A DNA stretch of 60,433 nucleotides, filler included, from Sluysia triapertura (Eukaryota): assembly GCA_046118255.1 (NCBI GenBank). It is 5 parts of 5 records of this genome, joined end to end, with 100 filler letters (N's around TTAATTAATTAA, not from the genome) between each part and the next. Parts side by side here need not be neighbours in the genome. Positions count along the whole stretch, not along the records: positions 23,892 to 37,105 come from JBJNIA010052555.1; positions 37,206 to 49,169 come from JBJNIA010152050.1; 3 more parts are not named here. One strand, 5' to 3'. Each line of letters starts with the position of its first letter. Position 1 is the stretch's first letter. Positions 25,660-38,249 of the stretch are shown here, piece by piece. The translations under genes and the position numbers were made by a program. The notes beneath the pieces were generated by a model, which ran no database searches, had not been told where the DNA came from, and was given only the letters and a program-made list of their open reading frames with translations.

Positions 25660-26704
25660 AATGATGGGCTATAACCTAACCTACAATGCAAATACGCCTA
25701 GAAGAGTTCGACCTAACAAGAACGACTTAAGTCTGGACGACGGCGGCCTATTAGGATTTACTGTGTAAAAGATAGAAATGACAAAGGCTTAAGATAAGGG
25801 TTATTTTTGAATGATTTTTAACTTAAATAAATTATTAAATTCGATTGGTAAATTTAATGATTTTAAGTTAGCCTTTTTACGGTCTAACTAATAAAATTAA
25901 ATGTTAAATTAGCCTGTTACGGTCTAATTTTTTGAAATCAAAATGTTAATGTTATAATATTGAGCTATCCTTATTACGGTATAGCGTTCTTTACAATTTT
26001 AGTAAATAACAAATTTAAAATACACAGTTATATTACTACAATAAAAGAATTAGATTATATAGAAGTAGTGGTTACTGATAATAATAATAATAATAATAAG
26101 GATTTTATTTAGCTTAAATTCAATTGAATTTAGCTTTCAATATTTTAGAATTAAGTTAACTTATCCTTTACGGTATAAGTTTTAAAAACTAAAAATTAAT
26201 TTAAGTTAAATTTTGCCCCTCCCTTCTTACGGTGAGGAGAATAAAATCCTACTAAAAAATAATCTTACTAATTGCATGGATTTTCTTTGCTGGCTGAAGA
26301 TTTTTCTGAACAATATTTTACCAAAAACAAATACTGGTTTCAACCCACAAATTGTTGGTTTTTTATATCCAATTTTTGTTTCTAGCTTCCATATTGTTCA
26401 CACGTAATTTTATTGATTTAAATAAACAAAAATTATTTTTTAAAACCAAAAATATTTTTTAATACTTTTATTTTAAATTATTTAGATTAAAAATATCTTT
26501 TAATACTTTTAGATTATTTAATAATATTTTTTGTTTATTTTACATTTTTATAATATAATAATAATTTTATTTATAAAAAAAATTTTTTATAATTTTTTAT
26601 AATATCATAAATAATAATTAGTTAATAAATAATAATATTAGTCAATTAGTTATAAAAAAATCACATTTATAATTCTTCACAATATTCCAGTCAGTTTCTT
26701 CACA
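25660..26704 (-). mobile_element. Solo-LTR-like element H1 with a 5-hairpin array
   Basis: Approximate TGATG...TTCACA limits, no TSD found. Same layout as 28236-29304. Hairpins at 25866-26237. Confidence 0.45.
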
Positions 26705-27639
26705 TATGTTACGTAATACTTTACCGTGTTTCAAAAACGGTAACCTATCAATCTTGATAAATTAATATTTTTAGTTGATTTTACAACCGAGTAAAATCGG
26801 TAGCTTTATTTTACAAATTCTTGTATAATAATGAAAGAAAAATTATAAAGTTTATTATTAAATGAATATAAAAATTATACAAAAATATAGGACAATATAT
26901 AAAGTCAATAGTGTATTAAAGATTAATAAATAATCAATAAAAATGTAATTCTAATTTGATATTTCAACTCCTCTTAAAAGGGTTGTTAAAAATTTCAATT
27001 AAGATTTTAAGTAAGATTTTTCAATCTTGTAAAAAAGATAATGCTTAAAAAATCAAACTAACGAATAAAATTATTATTGAAAAATTCTTAATCCAGTGAT
27101 AAGTAAGAATCCTATGAAAAATATGTCTTGATAATATTTGGTTAAAGAATTTCTTTCCACTAATTGATCCGACGATTTTTTACCAAGTATCCTCAAATTT
27201 GTATTTGTTTATTATGTTAAAATTTTTAAAAATTTCAAATTCGTATATGTTTTGTGCAGTTTCAACATTATATTTATAATAAAGGTCTAGTGACTTTGAA
27301 TCATAAAGAAAAACAAGAATTTTTTAAAGAATTTAATTAAAATTATTATTTAATTTATTTTAATTTATCATATTAATTTATTTTAATTTAATTTAATTAA
27401 TAATAATAATAATAACAATAATAATAGTAATAATAATACCAAAATTAGAAATTATAATTATATAATTATTGATAGACACAATTAAAGAAATTTCGACATT
27501 AAAATTTTTTTAGAAAACACAATTACATCAATTTAAAAATTTGATCTCTAACTGACCTGATAACAACAACAACCACAACAATAATAATAATATATTAATT
27601 TATATTGCGCTCATATCTACTGCAAAGTAAGTATTCACA

Positions 27640-28235
27640 ATCGCTTAAAATAAATCATTCACCGTAATATTTCTGAAACAAAAAGAACTTTGCCTTTTTC
27701 TTAAATATTTCTTAATCTTCAAGTAATTTTACATTCTCCGGTTGTACATTTTTGAGACAAACGGTATACAACTTATCACCTAGCTTGTTATCACTGTGGA
27801 TTCTGCATAGATTATCATGCCTCAATGAAATATTCATCTTGCTTTCCAATTTTCGTATTATTTCTAAAAGATATTCGGGACTTCCATAATGTAAGTATTT
27901 GTAAATTATTGTCATGATTTTGAATTCTATTCTTGCTTTTATTGAAAACTAATTTAATTCTTTAAGATAAGGTGTTACATGAGATCTTCCAACGTGGAGA
28001 ATTAGTCTTGCTGCTGGATTAATTATTAATTGTAATTGTTTCACTTTTCTATCTGAAATTGAGTACAACAAACCATTGCTAAAATCTATGTTGCTAGTTA
28101 TCAATGAATGAACAATAAGTTTATTCGAAATTAATAAAATTTCGAATTTTTGATATCTTATTTAATTTATATTTATACTTTTAACAATACATTAATATTT
28201 TCTTCCATGTTCATTTTTGAATCCATATAACAACC
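27640..28235 (-). mobile_element. L2-clade LINE ORF2, 3' part
   Basis: GCYMDSKMNMEENIN; LIVHSLITSNIDFSNGLLY...KQLQLIINPAARLI...SHVTPYLKELN*FSIKARIEFKIMTIIYKYLHYGSPEYL is the canonical L2 post-RT region. Confidence 0.85.
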
Positions 28236-29304
28236 TGATGCGAGATTTTCTATTAAAAGACTTAAAACTTATTGCAAATTATCTGAGAAGTCGGTTCGCC
28301 TAATATATACGATTTATACCACTAATTGGAGACCTACTACTAGGTTTTCTTAATTATACTTAACTAACTTTTAACTTATGACTTAAGTCTTATTAATTTA
28401 TACGACAATCCTTTACTAGGTGTTGTTTAATTAAACTGTTATATTTTCTATTTACGCAACCCGTATTAAGATGTTGCTTTCTCAAAATAAATATGTTTCG
28501 CAACCCGTATTAAGGTGTTGCTTTACGAAACGAATTTTAAATTAATAACAAAAAAACACTTAGAATCCTTAAGGTATATAAACAGAACTTACAAAAAATA
28601 GCGTATTATAAGAATAATATTTTAGTCAACTACTCAATTTCAGTTGGTAGTTTTTTAAATATTTTAAAAAGATTTTCCGCAACCCGTATTAAGGTGTTGC
28701 ATCAAAATAGAAATAGTTTAAGTGTATTTTAGGTTTCCTTTCTTAAAGTGAAACCATAAAACATATTAAAATAAGAATTACTTCTTATGCATGGAATTGA
28801 AATATTAAAAATGTTCTTCTGGAACTTCGGATTAATAAAAAATTTTCTTCTGGAATGTTAATTTGAAATTCTAAAAAATTCTCTGGTTGTTATCTAAAAT
28901 TTTGTTCTAAATATTTTATGCTAAAACTTACCCATTTATACTTAATTTATTCCAAGATGTCTTCCAATAAATTGAAACATTGAAACAATAACTTTTGTTC
29001 AATTTAATTTCTTTTATATTTCTATTAATTTTATTTTAATTTCTTTTATATTTATTTAATTTCCATTAATTTTAATTTAATTTCTTAAATTTACTATTTA
29101 TTTTAAATTTTATTATTTATAGTTTAATTATAAAATTTAATTAATTTTATTTAATTAATTGATTTCAATTCTATTATTATTAAAATTATATTTTGAATAT
29201 TTGATTTAATATAATAATATATTTAATATAATAATAATAAATATTTAATAATTTTACATATTAAACATATTTAAGTTACATATTAAACACGTTTAAATCC
29301 AACA
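28236..29304 (-). mobile_element. Solo-LTR-like element H2 (1069 bp) inserted in the L2 LINE, with a 5-hairpin array
   Basis: TGATG...CAACA termini. Removing it rejoins the L2 motif KVRNI-G-CYMDS. TATAAATGGG on the minus strand at about 28931-28940. TSD is not intact. Confidence 0.75.
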
Positions 29305-29540
29305 CTATATTTCGTACCTTTTGTTTTGCATCTAGTTCTTACTACCTAGAATTAACTTTGCTTCATTTCTTTTGGCATTGTCGCTTTATTATTACTAAAG
29401 ATTATAAATTCTGACTTTTCTTCATTGATTTTCAAGTATTTACTTCCAAACCATTTTATCAATTCAGATACTAGTTGTTCTGTTCTTTGAATAGTATTTT
29501 CTATGTTATTCATTTCATAAATTCTCTTGCAAAATATCAT
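29305..29540 (-). mobile_element. L2-clade LINE RT C-terminal part
   Basis: LVSELIKWFGSKYLKINEEKSEFIIF (W...N.LKLN..KTE....) followed by KVRNI. Confidence 0.85.
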
Positions 29541-30399
29541 TTTATTGTATTATTTTTGTACATATATTTCATCTTTAATAATATACCTTTAAGAAAATTT
29601 CATTTTTGTTATCTGAAGTTTATAAGAAGTAATTAAAAAGATCCTTTTAATAGGATTTCGTGCAAACCATTTAAATATTAATATTTTAATAATAATAATC
29701 CTCCAAAATTAAGACGGATTAGCTTAAGAACGCCTTTGTAGAAAAAAGAAAAAACTTAATCAAGTTACTTTTAAGAAATCTTTTGCATAAAAAATCTAAC
29801 GGCTGGCCCTAGCTGGTAAGTCCAGTACGTTGGTGGATTCACCTTCAATTTAATCTTTATTCTACCTTTCTCACAGATCTAATAATACTATTTCATATAT
29901 TTTCAACTTTCGATACAAAAAATTTAAAAAAGTCGTTTGACATAACTTTATCATTTTCAAAATGATTTTCATTTTTACCAATTAATTTATTTAATAATTT
30001 ATAAATATCTTTAATAGTTTTCCTTTTTATTATTACTATTATTATAACACAATAAGAATATAATAAACAATACTAAAATGACCTTAAAGGTCTATATAAA
30101 AACAACAAATTTAATTTTTAATGCTAACGATAATCTCAAATGTTTATTCTTTAGTGGATATTAGTGCTAAAAATATATTAATATAAAGTAAGTGATTTTT
30201 AAATAATTATTAAATGACTAATTGGGAGTAAATGCTAGTATTAATAGAAAAATAATGAGAATGTGTTGATGATTTTAGAATGTATATTAAGGATATGAAA
30301 GGTGTATTAACTAATAATTAAAAGTTGATGTTAGTGTATCCCTTGATTGTAAGTGATTGAGAACATTTAATGTTTCTGCTCACTGCATATGCATTTGTA

Positions 30400-32089
30400 A
30401 TAAGTGCAGTGACCACATTTTCTTGGCTTATTTTATGAGGATATTCAAGCTTTAACTCATGCTAAAAAGTATAATTTTATTTACAGAAAGTTCATAATTA
30501 TAAAACATAATATTTTCTACAAATCCCAATGAAGTTTCTAATTGTTCGGTTAGCCGAAATCAGTCAAATTATTTTGTTAAAAGCAAGAAAACACTTAAAA
30601 ACAAATAATGAATCACTTCATCTAATTATTCTGAGTAGAAAAATTAGTTAATTTTGTTAAGGGCTGCATGATTGAATTGATTCAATCTGACTGAATTTAT
30701 TCAAAGATGAAGAGTGTATAAATCGATGATATAAGCTCTTAGACCCTCCTCATCTTTCTTTTCCTTTGATTACCACTCTTCATCATCAATTCTTGCGTAA
30801 TTATGTTTCCGATCATGGTTTATTTTGTATAGAGGAAAATATGAAGAATATTTGAAACATACTCTCTTAATGTCTATTTTTTATAATTATTACATTATAT
30901 CCTGCTTTATTTCTTTGTATTGGTTTTGCTGGGATTTATTTACATAAACCTCATTTTTGAGGTTACTTTCATTTAGTTGTTAATTATGCCTTTTTCATTG
31001 TTCTATTCATTATTGTATCTATCATGACTTCTCCATGTGGTACTGGAAAGTGCTTACTGTTGAAGCTCCTCTTTGATATTGTGGTTGATAACCTCCTTGA
31101 AACAGAATAATTTTGTTTTTCACCTATTTTATTAGTATATCTTGAAGTTATCTTGATTTTCTTGAGATAATATAATTTATTATTCATATTAATTATTGTT
31201 CATTTTTATTATCGGCCTTGGTATTTCATAAATTACAATATTGTTATTTTTAATTATATTAGGAGTTCTATGACGTGACCTATCTTTTTCATATTATTTG
31301 TTTTACATTGTAATATATTGTTCCTATTGAATTATCGAACTTTTTTTAATGTGTCCATATGCTCTTCAATATTTCAAGCCATTATTGATATGTCTATACT
31401 CTTTTTTACATATATCATAAATTTTTCGGTTAATTTTTTCATAAAGTTTGCCCTTTCTTCTTCAGTAATTTTTTCTGCCAAGAGTCTCAAATAGTCTTAC
31501 TTAAATTTCCTTAAATATCCTTAATAAATGTTGCTTCAGTTTCTCCTAATCATTCTTTTCGTAATCTGGAATATATTTACGAACAAATAAATATGAATCA
31601 AATTTCCAGCAGTTCCTTCTGAATTCCTCCTAGAGATTCTTCTTATTCGTTATACTCTGCGATAAATTCTAAGAGTTTGGTTTCATTACTTGCAAATTTT
31701 TCCATTTTTAAATCTTGATTAGGTAATGAGCGATTAAATCCTTCATTTGAGAGCTTTTATAATAATATTTTCATTTCATATGCCTATTTTTTCCTATTTA
31801 ATATTGATTCATCACTTTTCATAACCCGTGCCACTTCGAGTAGACTCTTTCAACCAGCAAAATTTTTTCAGTTTAATGTAAAAGTCAATATATTTAATAA
31901 TTTTATCCAATTTTATAATAATGCATCAAGTTTCTCACTCTGGGCACGATATTGTAAGATAATTTCTATATCTTTAGGTTTACAGCTTTATTCATATTCA
32001 TCTTTCTTTCCTTATTTCAATTATTAACAGGGTTCAAATTTGTATATTAAACTTTATTATTCGTAACTTTGCATCTTTCTAAATCAACA
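30400..32089 (-). mobile_element. Degenerate Ty3/gypsy element: short LTR (about 31953-32089), PBS-like site, gag/pol remnants
   Basis: TGTAAG...TCAACA segment. On the minus strand it is followed after 3 nt by TCGTGCCCAGAGTGAG, close to the complement of a tRNA-Met(e)/Lys-type 3' end. Pol remnants FNSKHFPVP and KKDERGLRAYIID. Confidence 0.55.
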
Positions 32090-32278
32090 TATATATGTTA
32101 CTAATCGATTCAAAGTAGTTTTTAATTTTGTGTCCTACTTTAAGATAAACTTTTTTAGAAAAGCCATTTCTATTAGCCTTGAAAACCATGAAGTCTAACT
32201 AAACGATGCATTTATGCATTTTATCAATAATATCACTGATTAAATCACAATTACAAATATCACTACTAACATTATTAA

Positions 32279-32555
32279 CCCATTTCGCGAGCAACCCCTA
32301 TTACGTCCTCGGACTAGAGTAATTATCCTGTATTTACTGGGCCGATAGATTCACATGCTGTCACTGTTCAATTACATTGACTACTCCGTAGGTTCACCGG
32401 ATACACCCACGTATCGCATGTTATGCATACGTTTTTTGTTTATATATATGATAAAATTATTTCTATTAACCAATTATAAGTTAATAAATTAAAATTTGTA
32501 AAAAAAATTAGACATTTTATGCAAATTCTTTTACATTTCATTAATCGCGTAAGGG
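32279..32555. mobile_element. piggyBac-like MITE
   Basis: TTAA|CCCATTTCGCGA ... TCGCGTAAGGG|TTAA: CCC/GGG imperfect TIRs with a TTAA TSD. Confidence 0.7.
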
Positions 32556-33208
32556 TTAAATTACAAGTTTGGGTAAAACTAGATGTGGATTTTACAACTT
32601 GTAAATAAAGTTTGATTGGTTTAAACCTTCATTGGTTAAACCTTGCCGGAAAAATCAATTATTTGTTCTGTTTTTAAAAATACTTAAATATATCGTAATT
32701 ATTTAAGCAATTAAAAAAAATAATTATATTACTTAAAGATATTATCATTTACAATATATTTATTTATCATTGTTTTCAGCTTTACAAAAAACCGAAGTAT
32801 GTTAGATTAATTTTTCTAAAATTTAGTTGTATAATTAATATTAACGTACTAACATCTAAAACATTATTCAGAATTAACAGCAAGTCTCTGCTACTTATCT
32901 AAAATTATCATAAATGTGTGGTTATATGAACATATTTCTTTTTTTTGCAAATCAGCTTTTCGAAAATTAGGAAATGTTTGACATTTTGAGGTCGGATTAC
33001 TTCATTTCTTTATGAAGTGTGCAATCATTACAAGAAATTTCAACTCTCTTTAGGTTAAACTATTACATTTGAAGAAAATGACTGTTTCCAAGCATTTCTC
33101 TGTTTATCCATTTGAAGGAAAACATTATTTTTCCATGCTAAAAGACCACCTTCCAGAAAACACAGTCTGTTCAATAATTTTCATGTAAGGTATGCATTTT
33201 TGACGATG

Positions 33209-33261
33209 TTATTTGTGCGATCTCGTAATTTAATAATTAAATTATAAGATCGCACAAATAA
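33209..33261. repeat. 53-bp near-perfect palindrome, probably the core of a foldback MITE
   Basis: 26-bp arms with 2 mismatches and a 1-nt spacer: TTATTTGTGCGATCTCGTAATTTAAT-A-ATTAAATTATAAGATCGCACAAATAA. Confidence 0.9.
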
Positions 33262-36200
33262 AAAATCGCATAACAGGTTTGAGTGTACTGGATTTCTGGA
33301 ATCAAATTTGAATCCATGTGATACTTGCAAGCAAAAGTTTATTACCCGAATCCATCAGAAATCAAAGTAAGATTAGTTCATCCTATTCAAGGTGCAGTAA
33401 AGGGTAGCAGTATTTACTGACAATTTAATTCCTCGATTGGATACTGTTGTGATAAAGCTTTTAAAATTGAGATAAAATTTATTATTTTTTAATTAATTTT
33501 GTGTTACTTTTTGGTCAGATGTACAGTATCGTTTTTATGTATTGTGTCAAATAATGTAGATTTTAAAATTTTCCAACTTTCTCGAATTTAATCTATATAA
33601 ATTAAAATATTAACTTTTTCAAGACACAACTTGCATTGCATATTTTGCTCATAACCCTCAAAATTATTAAATATTAAAGTGATTCGAGTAATTTTTAATC
33701 TTAATCAATACATAATTTGCCTTTATTACTCATTATAATTTTTAATGAGATTACAAAATTTGTTAATATTTATAAAAATACATTCACATTTTTTATAATA
33801 ATTAGTTGCTTTTAAATTTGTGTAGGAGGCATTGTTTATTTCACAATTAGTAAATTTTTGAGCTTTTTCTACATCCTTTTATTATATTCGGAGCTATTTC
33901 TTCAGTTATACAATTATTAAGATTTGTAAAAATTCAAATTAGTAGATATTCTTTTTATTTTACAAATATTTGCGATATACTTTTATTACTTTTAGTCTTT
34001 CTTTCTACCTTGGGTTGCATCAAAATTAAATTAAAATAACTTTTGGCAAATTGTTTTGTTTAAATGTGTGGGACAAGCATTTTTACTGAATAATTATATA
34101 AAATTTATTTTCCGAATTTCTAAATTAATCAATCAATAAAATAAATATTTAATATATTTAAGGAAAAAATGAAAAGGAAACGATATTAATATACAGAAAT
34201 TTATTATTTTTCTTAGTGGTCCAAACCGGATAAATGTATGAATGCATTAATAGTAGAATTTTTATTTATTTATAATATTTTTAATTTTTGAAAAATAACA
34301 TGAATTATATATTTATTTTAAACCATACATAGACTCCTTGTTAAAACAGTATTCCGAAAATATGTGATTTATATAAATTTTATTTTGAAGGCAGCAAGTA
34401 TTAAAATATTTATAAAGATTCGAAAAAATTCATTGATAACTAATAAAATAGATTATAATATTGGTTTTGTAATTATAATGTGAAATGTGCAATTAGTTTT
34501 GAAACAATCGACAGAAATTAATACATGGGTTATACGAAATCATGGTGACAGTTTATACATTCTTACTTTGTGGATCCTGAAAATGTTTTGAATATTATTA
34601 GAAATGTTGAAAATAAAATGAATGTATAATGATGGCTTATGTGAGATACATGTTTTTAAAATGATAACGTCTATGACAAATGAGGTTTTTAAAGCGCTTT
34701 TGAGTAATTATTTCATTCTTATTAGATATTAACGCTATATAAATTATTATTATTATTATTGACGAATATACAAACAAGTAATCCTATTTTTGGATGAGAA
34801 TTTATAGTCTAAACGAAAAATTCCCAAACTACGTTTCACTGAACATTACTTTTCAGTAAAACAATTAAAAACTAAACACTAATTGATTATTTTATGCAAT
34901 CACGTAAAATTAATTCAATTACTGTATACTAGAAAATGCAAATTAAAAGTTTTAAATTTAAAATGCGTAAACTTAAAACATCTTGCATAACATCATGTTT
35001 TGATTTTAATTTTCACAGTCTACAATTCATTATTATAATAGTAATATTGGTTTTATGTTTCCTTATTGAATTACTCTATTACTCTATTTTCGCCATTTTC
35101 TATAACTTTATAAAATCAAAACATTATTATTAGCTACTAAATATTTTTAGAAAATTCAAATTAAAAAAGTTCAAATATTTCAACAAATGCAAAAGAAATT
35201 TTTAGATAAATTGGTTCATTAATAATAGACAACAATGTCTTTTGCGTAAATATCTACAAATGTAGATAAGAAAAATTCATTGGTCGAAAATTTTGTAACA
35301 CATCAAATAGATTATCAGATGACTGTATATCTGAACTGTATGGTGAATGAGATAATTTTTTAAAGGAATTTTGAAGGGCATTTGATGGAAAATTAAACAA
35401 AAATAATTCAAATTGTTAAACTCAAACCAATATAAATGTTTGAAAATGTGAAGGTACTTCTGAAAAACTGTATATTGAATCGTCAGTGGTCTTTATGAAA
35501 CTGTATTTAATATAAATAAAGTTTTAAAAGTACAAAAATGATTGGAGCATAAGTGTAGTGGTCCAACTTATTTTAAATTTTATTTAATGTAGAAAAGAAA
35601 ATAAATATCAAAATTTTTTAAACATCGTAATATCAAAACTTTAAAATGCAATACTAGATTCGAAACGGGAAAGAGATAAAGTCGCGTAAAAGAAAGAAAG
35701 CAATTGAAGGATATTTGAACACTTCGACTGCGAAAGCAGAAATATTACAACGAATAACAACGACATCAATCTAATATTGCGAGGTTTCTAAATCGAGTAA
35801 GAAAATAACTTTAAACGAACTGAAAAAAGAACCAACTCAAAGTTCGAGAAACGAAATGAACAAAGAAAAAGATGCCTGCAAGAATTTCTCAGTGAAAGAG
35901 CAGTGTTATGAGATTCTTAATAACCCTAAATTTTATTAAATTGATAAAACAGATGAAATCAAAGAGCAATGCTACGAAATTACCAATTAGATGAGACAGA
36001 TTAATGAAAGAGCGAAATAGTTAAAACAGGTACGAAGTTCTTAATAATGTTAAAGTTTATAAACGTGTGAAACAGATGAAACCAAAGAGCAATGCTGTGA
36101 TGGGCTTAATAAAGTAAAGAATATCCATCTTGAATCAGATAAAGCGACCAAACTCAACATTTCGGAGTAATATAAGTCATCTACTGAACTCATCTCCAGA

Positions 36201-36987
36201 GCGAAAACGAAATAAAGTATGAACTTTATTTAACTATTGTTGATAAGTTATTTAGTAATCCTTTTTATGAAATTAGAGAAGTAACTCTAATTACAGGTTT
36301 TACAACTCAGCAGATTTAAAATCAAAATTCTTACTTTTTTACTTCCATTATCTTTAGCTGAGATGCACCTAAGGATCTTGTTTGTGAGTTAGACAACAAT
36401 TATGAATCACGTGCTAGACTATTAATTGAATACTGCCCTCAAGACATCTTACGAAACGTTCACGCACCTTTCCAAATATCACCTCATTCAGAAATCTCCA
36501 CTCTCACTATTACCACGTTCACTCTTATTACAGTTACTGCAACTTCCAAAATACAAAATACAAAATAAATACAAACTTTCCAACATTAAAACACAATAAT
36601 AAATCATTATTTATTGAAATATATAAACAACTCAAAAATATTTAACATTTAAAATGCTTATACTAAAGATTAACATAAAAAAAATTGAAGAATAAACAAA
36701 TAATTCTTGCATCTTAAGAATAAATTAATCTTGGTTTTAGGTTCTACTTAAAATTTCATAAGTTCATTTTCTACATTAAATAAACGCTGTTCTAAATTTT
36801 AAGTTATATATACATTTTTTAGTCAATTGGAAACAGTTTTATTAATCCAAAATAAGAATTATTCAGAAATATAATTTTAAAATTTACTTTCAATGTGTCG
36901 TTTTAAATTTAATTTTAAAACTATTCTATCTAAATATTTTATATAGTTTGCAATTTTTATTTGATTATAATAGTGCAATCTTTTCAG

Positions 36988-37063
36988 GAAACCGTAAGTG
37001 AAACAAATCCATCGGACACAAATTTCTTTCATTGGTTTCAGAATAATATCCGTAATTATGGAC
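36988..37063 (+). CDS. Candidate internal exon, possibly the prodomain of the TGF-beta-like gene
   Basis: TTTTCAG| acceptor, open frame ETVSETNPSDTNFFHWFQNNIRNYG, |GTGAGT donor. Confidence 0.35.
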
Positions 37064-37690
37064 GTGAGTTTACTATTAGTTTACGTATTTTCATAAAAAC
37101 TGCATNNNNNNNNNNNNNNNNNNNNNNNNNNNNNNNNNNNNNNNNNNNNTTAATTAATTAANNNNNNNNNNNNNNNNNNNNNNNNNNNNNNNNNNNNNNN
37201 NNNNNTATTATTTATAATTTACATAATTATTACAAGATAATATTCTACACAATTATTATAAGAAAATAATATTATTTACAAACGTATCGTCGAAACACTA
37301 TCGTATGTAATTTGAAATAATGAAGAAATTATTTTTTATCGGAAAAAGAATTTTGTTTAATTTTCTAAAGACGATCAAATATTTTTATTGTCATCGCAAT
37401 ATACAAAGAGGTTCCGAGTTCGGGTCCTGGTCACTCTATTCACGAAAATTAGCAGTTATTATAAAATAATTAAAGTCTACAGGATCCAGCACACCTTTAA
37501 GTGAAGTAACAATCACACATGGAATAATAATTTATTTTTACAAACCCAAATTTTTTACCTTAATTAAAGTAAGCAGTAACACCAACGTTTCAAAAACGTT
37601 TTCTATTCCAAAACGTTTTAAGTTTTAAATATACTTATTTAACGATTTAATAAAATTATTCAGTAATTATAATAACTGTGTTATTTTTAG

Positions 37691-37937
37691 ATACATATGT
37701 CTATTCAAAGGTCCGTTGTTTTAACTTCTTTGTACAAAACAGCAGAATATATTGGTACAAATTATTGTGACAATATAAGTCGCAATTTACCGAAAAATAT
37801 TCCTGAATCAATTAAGCGTCAGAAAATGTCTTGTTGTCTTAAAACATTTGCTATCCATCCTAGAACATTAGAACTTCATAATTTGAAATATCCTAAACTT
37901 ATAAATCTAAATTATTGTGTTGGTGATTGTTTTCTAA
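37691..37937 (+). CDS. Exon encoding the N-terminal half of a divergent TGF-beta/activin-type mature ligand
   Basis: TTTTTAG| acceptor and |GTTAGT donor. TNYC...SCCLKTFAIHPRTLELHNLKYPKLINLNYCVGDC aligns to TGF-beta TNYC..CC..LYIDF..LGW.WI..PKGY.ANFC.G.C. Confidence 0.65.
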
Positions 37938-37958
37938 GTTAGTTTCAAATAATTCCAT

Positions 37959-37963
<5 letters not shown>

Positions 37964-38028
<65 letters not shown>
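37964..38028. repeat. (AAT)n microsatellite
   Basis: Direct run; similar runs at about 40747-40806 and 49270-49313. Confidence 0.95.
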
Positions 38029-38029
<1 letters not shown>

Positions 38030-38249
38030 CTAAATAACAATAACAATCAATATGTAATATCAATATTCAAAAAATAATGTTTTCATGAAATTTGATTTTT
38101 AAATTTTTCGCACTCAATTTTGTTTTTATTGTTTATGTAATGTATGAAAAATGTAAAAAAACTAACTTTAACAGTTGCACCTAAATTTTGCTAACTGTAT
38201 TGTGTAAGTTTCTGAATTGTAGTGTCGCACGCAATATTCCATTTTTTAG

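Noticed and set aside
26965-26990. Hairpin CAAC-T-CC-TCTTAAAA-GG-GTTG, and GACCTTAATGGCC at 58918/60104, as extra motif copies
   Set aside because: Bulge identity or geometry differs and they are not arrayed; excluded from the count of 14.
28456-28700. Three ~22-bp palindromic direct repeats resembling a CRISPR array
   Set aside because: Irregular spacing (44 and 179 bp), no cas genes and a eukaryotic LTR context; better explained as the hairpin array.
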